Translations under genes and position numbers: made by a program
Notes under the pieces: model-generated
The model's database searches: none
What the model was told of the DNA's origin: nothing
What the model saw: the letters and a program-made list of their open reading frames with translations, nothing else
DNA from: an uncultured Micrococcales bacterium
GTDB taxonomy: Bacteria; Actinomycetota; Actinomycetes; Actinomycetales; Microbacteriaceae
Length of the DNA stretch: 55,945 nucleotides
Assembly: GCA_903893675.1 (NCBI GenBank)
Contig: CAITNA010000174.1
Span: forward strand, 1-55,945
Direction: 5' to 3'
In this document: one piece after another, positions 20,395-31,600 of the stretch
Position numbering within the stretch: position 1 is the stretch's first letter
Layout: the number at the start of each line of letters is the position of its first letter

Positions 20395-20991
20395 TCAGCG
20401 CTTGGCGAGGTCGGCCGCCGGGTCGGTAACCCAGTCGATAACGCCCTGCCATGGCCCCCAGCCATCGGCGTCTGAGAAGTGCTTAGCCCCTTGGATGATC
20501 GTGGCAGCAACGCCGAACGGGTCGCCAAAGGTGGCCTGGATGCCCCGCGGCTGCCAGGGATCGAGGTCGGAACCGACCAGAGTGAGCCTGCCGGCAAGGC
20601 GCTTGGTGGCCGAAACCACCTCGGCCGAGTCGAGCTTTAGCCCGCCAACCGGCAGGTCAGGAAGAAGGTCGGGGTCGGCCGGGGCCACCAGCAAGGTGCG
20701 GTCGAAGGCAACCGGCAGCACACCGTCGACAGCGGCCTGGATGAAGTTCAGCCCGCCCAGCGAGTGCCCAATGAAGATCAGTTCGCCAGCTTCTGGGCCG
20801 ATGGCCTCGAGCAGTTCGAGTTCGGCGACAAGCATCGCCTGCCACTCGGCAATTGATGGTGCATCCGGATTTGGAAACTGCGGGTAGCTGACCTGGTGAC
20901 CGGCGCGACGAAGCGCGACCGCTGTGCGATAGAGCCACTGCGTTGACGGGCGACGATTGCGCAACCCGTGATTCAGCAGAACTCTAGCCAT
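20395..20991 (-). CDS. Alpha/beta hydrolase, RBBP9/YdeN-like
   Basis: 'LNHG', 'YPQFPNPDAP....W', GHSLG nucleophile, 'LVAP', 'SDLDPW', 'GAKHF'. The start overlaps the upstream stop (TAATG). Confidence 0.82.
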   Translation of the reverse strand: MARVLLNHGLRNRRPSTQWLYRTAVALRRAGHQVSYPQFPNPDAPSIAEWQAMLVAELELLEAIGPEAGELIFIGHSLGGLNFIQAAVDGVLPVAFDRTLLVAPADPDLLPDLPVGGLKLDSAEVVSATKRLAGRLTLVGSDLDPWQPRGIQATFGDPFGVAATIIQGAKHFSDADGWGPWQGVIDWVTDPAADLAKR

Positions 20992-21536
20992 TAGTCAACC
21001 TTGCCAGATTTCGCCTTCTGCCCGCGGCGGCGGCGCAACACAATGTAACCAATGCCCGCTGCGGCGATTGCCAAAATAACTGGGATGCGCCACGGGCTCG
21101 ATTGCAATTGCTCCTGCACAGTCGGCTTGATGTTTTCAGGCGGCGTGGTGCTCGACTCACAGTTGGTCGATGCCGGGTCTGGGTCTAGTGCGTTTGGAAT
21201 TCCATCGCCATCGATGTCGGTGTCTTTTCCGTTGACGATACCGTCGCCGTCGATGTCGGGGTCGACATTGTTTGGAATGCCGTCGTGATCAGTATCTATT
21301 GGACTACACGTTGGGTTTGGTGAAAAGGTTGGCGTGGAGTTGAAGGCAGAACTCGAATTTAGCTGTGCAGCCTTCGCGGGAGTTCCAACAAGTGCACCGA
21401 CAAGAGCGCTGAGCATCAGCATCAAGATCAGCACGATGGCCGAAATGCGAATCCAGCGCGGGAACACCTGATTCTGTTTGCTTGGTTGAGTCGGCGCAGC
21501 CTTGACTGGCTTGCGCTTCTTGCGTTGCTTTGGCAC
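20991..21536 (-). CDS. Secreted/membrane protein with thrombospondin-type-3-like DxDxDG repeats
   Basis: Basic N-terminus, hydrophobic helix and AKA site; three DxDxDGI repeats bracketed by two Cys; C-terminal TM followed by RRRR. GTG start overlaps the giant gene's stop (TAGTG). Confidence 0.75.
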   Translation of the reverse strand: MPKQRKKRKPVKAAPTQPSKQNQVFPRWIRISAIVLILMLMLSALVGALVGTPAKAAQLNSSSAFNSTPTFSPNPTCSPIDTDHDGIPNNVDPDIDGDGIVNGKDTDIDGDGIPNALDPDPASTNCESSTTPPENIKPTVQEQLQSSPWRIPVILAIAAAGIGYIVLRRRRGQKAKSGKVD

Positions 21537-22650
21537 TAAATGACTCCGGCGAGCTTCATGGTGACAATCAGCATCACGATGCCACCGATTCGATACAACC
21601 AGACTAGGCGAGGTCGCTTAATCCAGCGCTCTTCACCAGGCAGGCCTTCACGACCAAGGATGTGCAGCACAGTCAAACCGAGCATCGGAATCGGCAGCAA
21701 TCCGAATGACCACAGGGCAAGCTCAGGCGAGCCACCGAACCAGGAACCTACCAAATTGGTGGTCAGCGAGGCCACGACAAGGGTGAAGGCCAGTCCAGGG
21801 ATGCCGTTTGGCATGATTCGCCAGATCCACGGGTAGTTCGGGAACTTGTCGGAGTAGAAACCAATGAGCGTAGGCACAACGAAGAGCACCGAACCCATCC
21901 AGATTCGCCAGTCATTGCCCATAAGCGCCGAGGTTACGAAGATGAACACGCTAAGACGAAGGACCAGCGAGATCCAACGCTGTGCTCCGTGGGTGTTGGT
22001 TACCTCGGTAGGGTGCAGATAGTTGAGGCGCTCTGGGAACAGGCGTCCTGAGAGCTCCTCGGCGATAACGCGTAGAGCAATTGCCACGGCAACAGCAAGC
22101 GAGAAGTCGCCAACGTGGTTTGCAACAGCAAGCGTTACCCCGGCTAGAGCTGGCAGGGTCGAGATCATCGATGAGGTGACCCAGCCACCGATGAACGGAA
22201 GCACGGCCAGGTCGACAACGCGCTCCCACCAATAGACCGAGGTGTTCTCGGTGACTTTTCGGAATGCGCGGAACGCATTGGCAAGCAACGCTGGCCCATA
22301 GCCGACAATCACGACACCAAGCAACATACGAATGTGGTTTAGGTCTCCGCCCGCTCCAAGTAGAAGAGCGCCGAGCACGAATACCGTGGTGCCGATGAGG
22401 CCCGCAAAGGTATCGAAAATTCCAATCACTGCGATGGCTACGAAGAGGTACCAAGGTGGTGGAACTACGAGCGATCCGTTGATGGCGAGCGAAACAACGC
22501 CGAGCGCAGCGGATGCAACCGTAGGGAGAATCGAGAATGTTCCCGCAGCCGCGCGCAGGTATGCGCCATCTTCGACGATGCGCGTAAACAAAGGCGAGAA
22601 TCGTGCAACTGAGTGGATCAACTTCAGAGATGGCTTGTCTAGCCACTTCA
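21536..22650 (-). other. Giant protein: C-terminal polytopic membrane domain (~10-11 hydrophobic segments)
   Basis: Successive ~20-aa hydrophobic stretches such as 'WYLFVAIAVIGIFDTFAGLIGTTVFVLGALLLG', 'LSVFIFVTSALMG' and 'IGGIVMLIVTMKLAGVI'. No LPXTG. Boundaries approximate. Confidence 0.75.
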
Positions 22651-25600
22651 TCCAACGACGACGCCAAATTCGAGCGGCGTCACCGCGTGCACGACGAAGG
22701 TCTTCAAATTCTTCGTGCTCGGCATCGATGTTAGTAATCGAGCCACCCGAGTTATTGCTTGAGCCGCCAGAGCCGCCCGAACCTGAACCACCCGAGCTTC
22801 CGCCACTCGCGCCTGAGCCTCTTGCAGCGGAACCGCCCGAGCTGCCGGCGGCATTGCCGCCGGCAGCTCCGGCTCCTGCCGACGCTCCCGCGGCGGCAGC
22901 ACCACCGGCAGCAGCGGCAGCACCAGCTGCAGCGGCTCCGGCGGCTGCGGCTGCAGCAGCTGCTGCAACCGACCCAGCGACAGCTGCGATCGACCCAGTT
23001 GTCTGGGTCAATGCAACTACGCCTTGTGGCGAGGAGAGCGGGTCGAACGGCGCTGGTGGGGCGTTGTCGTCACCGGTTGCTCCAATTGCTGGGTTTGGCA
23101 CTGGTTCACCAGGGGTGATTTGCGGGATGGTAATTCCCGGATCAATCACTGGTGGGATTGTGGTCGGCACAGGGGCCGCCACAGGGGTATCGCTCGGCGA
23201 AGCCGATGGGCTTGCGCTCGCACTTGCCGACGCGGTTGGAGTCGGGCTGGCCGACGGCGTGGCGGTCGGAGTTGGCGCGGAAGTCGGAATTGGCGTGGTT
23301 GACGGTGCCGAAGAAGGCGACTTCGACGGAGTAGGTGTGGCCGTAGGCTTCGGCGACTTTGTCGGCGTTGGCGTCGGCGTAGGTGTTGGCGTCGGCGTCG
23401 GCGTTGGTGTCACCACAGGAGGTGGTGGCGGGTTTGAGCCGTAGGTTGCCGAAGTGACATCTGAGGTGCCAATCGCGTTGCGTGCCGAAACGGTAATCGT
23501 GTTGAGTGTGTTCGATGAGACGCCCGTCTTGACGCAGCTTGTTCCGGTTACAGCTACACACGCGTCTGCGTTATTCAACTTGACTGTGTAGTCAAGGATT
23601 GGCGAACCACCGTCAATGATTGGTGGAACCCAGCTGATCAACAAGTCGCCACCAAAGCCAGTTGCAGTTACAGATCCTGGCGCAGCAGGCTTGGTGAACG
23701 AAAGCGTTGCGGTCGAAGTTGTATTGTCGACAGTTTCAGTAGGCATGTTCGAAGACAGAGTCACAATCTTTACGTCGTAGCCGTCTGGAAGCCCACTCAC
23801 TGGGTTGATTGATGCTCCGTTGTGAAGCGAAAGTGACAACAGGCTTGCACGGCGAATTCGCATCGAGGTGCCGACGATCGCATTCTGGTCGATAGTGGCG
23901 TTGGTCGTTGCCACATCGGTCACAGAAGTCTGCGGGGTATCCGAGAAGTTGGTTCCGCGAGGAGCAACATAGACGGCATATGCGGTGAATGTTCCATCAA
24001 TTGCCAGAGGCTGTGTCCAGTTGACCGAAAGCGCGGTGCCATTAAGGGCCGCAGTCACGTTAGTCACCGAGGTTGGCGCGGCAACAGGCGAAACCGTGAT
24101 CGGCGAGACTGCCGAGTAAACGCCGACACCCGCTGTGGTAATTGCTGCAACCTTGACGCTGTACGAGACACCCGGAGTTAGACCATCCAAGGTGCATGAA
24201 AGCGGAGTGCCAGTTGTGGCACAGGCCGAGTTGGTCAGCACCGAACCGTCAGAGCCGCCCGCCATCAGCTGGTAGCCGTTGATTGGTGCGCCACCCGAGA
24301 ACGAAGGTGCGGTGTATGTGACGGTGACCGAGTTGATTCCGCCCGAGATTGAGAAGACGGTAGGTGCTCCGGCCTGAACCGGCTTGATGGTGAAGACCTG
24401 CTCAACCTGAGGCGCCGCGAGGTAGGTCGCGTTGCCCGGCTGGTTGGCGATGATGTCACAGGTGCCGGCTGCGTTGTAGTTTACTTGACCGGCAGAGGTG
24501 ACAGTACATGCCGCCAATGTCTGGCCGTTGATAGTCGAGGTAGTGATTGCCGGGCCAGCACTGTAGACAATTGGCAGACCCGAGTTGCTGGTCGCAGTGA
24601 GCATGGTGGCAGGGGTGCCGAACGACTGGGTAAGGATTGGCGCCCAAGTAATCGACTGGTTCAGCGAACCAACCGTGATGGTCTGCTGCGCGAAGTCACT
24701 GTTGTACACGCCGTTACCAGCTTGAGTTGCGCGAATCACACAAGGACCTGAAGTCAAGAACTGAAGCATGCCTGGGTTTGCGTTGTTGAAGCTACAGGTG
24801 GTTCCGCTACCGGCTGTGATCGAGAAGCTGACAGAGAGGCCCGAGGTCGAGACCGCTGCAACTTGGTATGTGCCTCCAGGAACCGGATACATCGGAATTG
24901 CCGAGGTGAAGGTGACGGTCTGTGGCAACTTGTTGACCGTGATGGTCTGAATTGCAGATTCAATCGCCGTGTAGTTGGTCGAGGCGGCCTTCAACGCTTT
25001 CACGGTACAGGTGCCCGAAGTGGCTGCGGTTAGTCGCAGGCCAGACAGAGTACATCCGGCGGTTCCTGCAGAAACGATCTGGTAAGACATGGCGCCGGTG
25101 CCCGAACCACCAACGGTGACCAGATCCATGGTGCCCACCTGCATGGTCGACGAGTTAACCAGCGACAGCGCAGCCTGGGCGATCTTGGTGGTCGTGATGC
25201 TGACGATCGAGCTGGTTGCCGAGTTGTAGTGAGTGGTCTCATCACGCATAGCCATGACGCGACAGGTGGTGCCTGCATCGCCAGGAACCAGAGTGGTGCC
25301 AACCAGCTGACAGCTGCCCGATACCCAGAAGGTGAGCGGCGATGGCTCGGTAGTCTGTGATGCTCCACCGCTGACGGTCAGCTGAATTGGCTGCAGGTAC
25401 GCCGTCGTTGTTGCGCTGGTGATGCGAATCGTCGGCTGGGTTGCCTTGTCGATCTCGAGCGTGGTGTCGACGTTGTTGGTCTGGTAATAAGGTGCGTTGG
25501 CGATGATCGCGTGGATGTTACAAACACCGACGCCGATGATGGTTGCAACACCGGTTGCAGCGTTCACGCTACAGATTGCGCTCATGTCGCCAACGGTTGC

Positions 25601-28600
25601 GTAGGTCACAACTCCTGGACTGTCGGTGGTGACCGTTGGGGTCACGTGCTGACCAGCTGCCCATGGAGTTGTTGGGTAGTCAACCGCGAGGTCGGCGACC
25701 TTGCTCACACGCATCGCAGACGATGTTGCGTTGACCAGGCCGTTCGAAGTGAAGCGCAACTGGTATGGCGCACCAGGAGTTCCGGCAAGCGCGATGTTGT
25801 CGAACGAGACGATGCCGTTCACGTCGGTGACGGTGGTGGTGCCGGTCACGGTGCCGCCATCGCTCGAACCTGCGCAGGTCGACAGGCCACAAACCGCAAC
25901 GGTTACCGCGGTCGAGTTGTCGGTCGAGGCGAGGTTGCCAAAGCGGTCGCGAACCTGGATGATCGGCTGCGAGTTTGCAGGCAGGGTTGCGCCACTCAGG
26001 CCACCGGTCGGCTGCGAGACAACAACCAAGCGGTATGGAGCCGCGTGGGTCAGAGTAATCGCGTTCGAATTCTGCGCGGTGATGGTGGCGTTGCCCGAGG
26101 TGACTGCGGTCATCGCCAAGGAGTACTGAACTCCAGGGGTTCCGACGAGGTTCAGCCACTGGAAGGTCAACACGCCGCCAACAGCGGTTGCGGTGGCCTG
26201 CGAGAGCGAGCCGTTTGCGCCAGAGGCGACGGTTGCTGTGACCACGGTGCTGTTGTCAGCCGTGGCCAAGTTGCCGTATTGGTCGAGCAAACGCAGAACT
26301 GGCTGGGTAGGCAGGTCGTCGCCGGTGGCCGAGCCAATTGGCTGGGTAGCCCATACCAGCTGGGCTGTAGCGTCGTGGGTCACGTGCAGCGCGCTCGAGG
26401 TTGCGGAGGCGAGCGGGCCAGCGGTAAATGTCAAGGTGTAGTCGGCCATCGGAGTGCCGGTGAGCTTCAGGCCCGAGAAGGTTGCAACACCGTTGACCGC
26501 GGTTGCGGTTTGGTTGCCGCTTAGGGTGCCGTTCGAGCCGCTAGCAATCGCAACCGAAACGACGGTGGTCGAATCGCTGAGCACAACGTTGCCGAAGTAG
26601 TCGAGCAGAGCAACCGAAGGCTGAGTGCCGAGCGCCTTGCCGGTGATCGCACCAACCGGCTGAGTGACCATGCCGAGGTGAGTTGCGGCACCTGCGACAA
26701 CACGGATGTTGTTGCTGGTCACCGAAGTGAGCGAACCTGACGCGAAGGTCAGCTTGTAGTCGACACCAGGAGTTCCGGTGAGTGCAAGATCGGTGAATGT
26801 GACAACACCGTTCACATCGGTAATGGTCTGGGTTCCGGTGAGTGTGCCGTTTGCGCCGCTGGTGATGTTTGCGGTGACCGCGATACTGTTGTCGTCATCC
26901 AAGAGGTTGCCGTAGCTGTCGCGAACTGCAACGACTGGCTGAGTTGGCATCACAAGTGCGGTCGCACCGGCAACAGGCTGAGTGGTGATGGTGAGAGTCG
27001 CGGCAGCACCGTGTGCAACCTGCAGCGCACTCGAGGTTGCACTGGTCAATCCGGCGGATGCGAAACCGAGCGTGTAGTCAACGTGCGGAGTTCCCACGAG
27101 CTTCACGCCACTGAAGGTTGCGATGCCGCCGACTGCAGCAACCGAGGTTGTGCCGCTCGATAGTGATCCGCCTGCGCCGCTTGCAACCGAAATTGTCTCG
27201 GTTGCACTCGACGAGGTTGCGAGGTTGCCGAATCGGTCAAGGATGCGAACCACAGGTTGCGTGGTCAGCGCGGTTCCGGTTGCGTTGCCGCCAACCGGCT
27301 GGGTCGAGATCGACAGTTGACTTGGGTCGGCGTGAACGAAGGTGACGCTGTTCGACTGGGCCGAGACCAGGCCGTTGGCAACAAAGGTAATGCTCTTGTC
27401 GCCAGGGAGGGTCACGATGTTCAGCAAGGTGAAGGTGGCCACACCGTTTACCGCGGCAACCGCTGCCCCGGTCAGGCTCTCGCCCTGCTGTGGAGCGGTC
27501 ATCGTGGCAGATACGTTGATGCCTGAGTTGGCAACCACGTTGTTGTAGGCGTCGAGCACCTGAACCACTGGCTGGGTGCTTAGGTTGTCACCGGTCTTCC
27601 CGGCAACTGGCTGACTTGAGATGCCGAGGTGAGTCGCAACGCCGTAGCCCACGCCGATGGTCTCGCTCGCAGTCAAAGTCAACGGCGTAGTGATCGTGTA
27701 GGTCACGGTGTAGTTTCCGGTCTGGCCACCGATGCCGAGGTCTGTGAAGGTTGCAACACCCTGAGTCGCTGCAACGGTTGCCTGGCCCACGAGCACGCCG
27801 CCAGCCGAAACGGTTGCGGTGACGTTCGCACCAGAACCGGCACCGACGGTTACGACGTTGCCGTATGCATCCTTGACGGTGACCTTTGGCTGTGTGCCGA
27901 ATGCGACACCTGCGCGTGCGGTGGCAGACGCCTGAGTGATCACAAGCTGAGTGGCAACCGCGTTGGTCACGGTGAACGCGTTCGAGTCTGCCGAGGTCAG
28001 CGATCCAGTGGTGAAGTTCAACTTGTATGAGGTTCCAGGCACGCCAACCAAACGCAGGTGAGCGAAGGTTACGATTCCGGCGTTCGCAGTTGCGGTGACA
28101 TTCGAAATCGTTGCGCCACTGCCCGAGGCAATGTGTGCGGTGATCACGCTGGTGCTGTCACCGGTGACGAGGTTTCCATACTGGTCGAGCAGACGAAGCA
28201 CAGGCTGAGTGGTTAGGTCATCGCCGGTGGCGTTGCCGCCAACTGGCTGAGTCAGGTAGACCAGTTGCGTTGCAGGTGCGTGAGTAACGGTGATCGAGTT
28301 CCCAGTGACACCGGTTAGGCCCGACGCGTTGAAGGTCAAGGTGTATGGCGACAGCGGAGTGCCGACGATGGTCAGACCGCTGAAGGTTGCCACGCCAGCA
28401 ACCGCGGCCTTCGATGTGCCGGCCGAGATTGTGCCGTTGCCATCGCCGGCGGTGATGCTCGCGGTAATGGTGTTGGTCGCATTGGCAACCGGGTTGTTCC
28501 ATGCGTCATAAACCTGGATGACCGGCTGAGTGGTCAGCGCGGTTCCGGTCGCGTTGCCGCCGACCGGCTGGGTGGTGATGCCCAGGTGATCTGGCAGACC

Positions 28601-31600
28601 GTAGCCAAGGGTGATGCTCTGGGTCACTGCGGTGAAGCCGGTGGCCGGGGCTGAATAGGTCAGGGTGTAGCTGCCGGCCGGGCCGCTGATTATCAGGTCG
28701 GTGAAGGTCGCGACACCGGCAACGGCAGCCACGGTCGTGGTTCCGCTGAGGGTTGCGCCGGCCGAGATGCTCACGGTCACGTTGGTGTCGTTATAGGTGC
28801 CGTCGGTAACCACGTTGTTCTCAGTGTCGAGAACCGAAACGGTCGGCTGGCTGGTGAAGGCAACGCCAGCGGCGGCGCCCGAGGCCGAGTGGCTCAGAGT
28901 GATGTGGCTTGCTGCCGCGTGAACAACCTGGATGGCGTTCGAAGCAGCCGAGTTCACCGAGGTGCCATTCAAGGTGGCGGTGAAGTCGAAGGTGTAGTTG
29001 TGGTTGATTGCTGCATCCGAGAGGATCACGCCGGTGAAGGTTGCCACACCGCCAACAGCAGTGACCGACAGAGTGCCGGTCGATAGGTCGCCGCGGCCTG
29101 CGCCGAAGTCGTTGTGAATGTTAATCGAAACGGTTGCGTTCGAACCCGAGCCATCGGTGACGAGGTTTCCGTAGACGTCGCGAACCTCGACAATCGGCTG
29201 CGTGGTCAATGGCGAACGAACTGCGTTGCCACCGACTGGCTGCTGCGTGATCACTAGCTGCGATGCTGCCGCGTGAGTCACGGTGAAGTTATCTGAATCG
29301 GTTGCGGTCAAAGCGTTCGCTGCGACAGCAAAGTGCAGCGTGTAGCTAGTTCCAGGAGTACCGACGAACTTAAGACCGCTGAAGGTCGCGATACCCGATG
29401 AAGTAGTTGCGGTCAGGTTAGGCGAGCCACTCAACGTTCCACCGTTTGCACCCGAGTAAGAGGCAGTGATGATTCGGCCACTGTCCTTGATGACAACGTT
29501 GTTGAAAGCATCGAGCACAACAATCTTCGGCTGGGTCGAGAATGCAGAACCGGTTGCGCCGCCAATTGAAGGCTGCTGGTACATCGCGAGCTTGGCAGGG
29601 GCACCTGCAGAGATCAGGATCGACTGCGATGTGGTGAGTGCCGAGTAGCCAGCGTCAGTCACCGCATAGTTCAAGGTGTAGCTGCCGACAGTGTCGGAAA
29701 TTTGCAGGTCAGTGAAGGTGGCGATACCTCCGGTGGCGGTCACGTTGGTGGTGCCAACCAGGTTTCCGCTGGTCAGCGATGCCGCAACATGGAGGGTCGA
29801 TTCGCTTCCCGAAGTGATCAGGTTGCCGTCGGCATCCTCGATGTAGAGCACTGGCTGGCCAGTAAATGGCAGGCCTGCCGCGGCGCCATCTGCTGCAGCG
29901 TGCAGAACAAGCTGGCTGGCAACACCGAAGGTCAGTTCAATCGACTGGGTTGCTGGGGCCAGTCCAGCCGAAGCGAAGGTCAAGGTGTAGGTGCCAGCCG
30001 GGCCACTGAGGCTGAACTGGTCAGAAGGCGAAACGCCTGACCAGTCGTTCGAACCGTAGTACGAATTGGTTGAGGTGAGACCGCTCAGGATGGCTCCAGC
30101 GCTGACACTCACGGTGACAGGGGCAAGGCTGCTGGTCACCATGTTGCCGGATGAGTCCTGAATCTCAATTGCTGGCTGGGTGGCGAAATCGATGCGGGCG
30201 GCAGCGCCTGCGGCTGAGCGAACGATAACCACCTTGGTGGCGGCACCGAATCCGAGCGAGACGGTTTCGGCAGGCGAAGTGATTGTGCTTCCAGAAATAG
30301 TCACGGATGCAGTCATCGACTTGTCGCCGACGGTGCCGGTCAGGGTGATTCCCTTGCCGGTGAAGTTTGCAACACCAGCAACTGCGTTCATGGTGGTGGT
30401 TCCGGTGATGGTTGCGCCGCTGACAGAGATGGTGACCAGCGCGGTTGATGAGGTGACGTTGCCATCAGCGTCATACAAGGTTGCAACCGGCTGAGTCGAG
30501 AGAACTGCTGCGCTGTTTGCAGTTGCGGGAACAACCAGACCAACGTGGTCGACCGCACCAGAAACCAAAGTCACGGTCTGCGTAATCGAGGTCAGGCCGT
30601 TTGCCTCATAAGTAATCGTGTAGGTCGCAGCCTTACCGGTGAGCTTCAGGTCGCTGTATGCAAGCGAACCTGCAGTTGCCGAAGCGGTGGCGGTGCCGCC
30701 GAGAGCAACATCTGCAGCGTTAGCCGAAGTTACAGAAGCCGAGATCGAGTCGGTTGCATTCACAACGGTGTTGCCCGATACGTCTTGAACTGTGATGGTT
30801 GGCTGCGCGCCGAAGACAACGCGGTTGGTTGCAGAAACGTTCGCAGCCGAAACAGCGAGCTGAGTCGCGGTTCCATAAGTAATGGTCACGCTGGTGGTCG
30901 CGGTGATCGTCGATGGCGAGGTGATGGTCGCGGTCAAAGTCTTCGCGCCGACGGTGCCGGTCAGGGTTACAACCTTGCCGGCAAAGTCAGCAACACCACT
31001 GACCGCAGGCATCGAGGTGGTGCCCGAGATTGCGGCACCGGTTGCAGTCAGGGTGACGGTCGCGGTCGAGGTGTCCACGGTGTTGCCAGAGGCATCCTTG
31101 ATGGTGACAACCGGCTGAACAACCATGGCCTGCGCGTTGACCTGCGAGGTGCTTGCGGTCACGGTCATCTGAGTGGCAAGACCGGCAACCAGCGAGATCG
31201 GCTGGGTGGCGGCGGTCACCGACGTGCCGCTGAAGGTGAGGGTGTAGCTGCCAACCTGGCCGGTCAGCTTCAAGGTGCTGAAGGTCGCGACACCCGAGGC
31301 GGCGGTCGCGGTCAGCGAGGTGCCAGCCAGGATCGCGCCCGAAGCAGATGCCGTGATCACCATCGATGAGTTGGCAACGGTGTTGTTCGAGATGTCCTGA
31401 ACGGTGACCTTTGGCTGGGTGGTGAAGGCCACGCCGTTCACGGCACCACTCGCCTGCTGGGTCACGGCAAGGTGGTCGGCGGCACCGTAGGTCGCGGTGA
31501 TTGCATCGGTGGTCGTGATGGTCGAAGGCGATGCGATCGAGTAAGTCAGAGTCTTCGAACCGATCAAGCCGACATACTTCAGGCCACTGAAGGTCGCAAC

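Noticed and set aside
23340-23415. 6-bp tandem repeat as a phase-variation tract or CRISPR-like array
   Set aside because: It is an in-frame Pro-Thr coding repeat broken by synonymous changes, with no spacers and no cas genes in the window.
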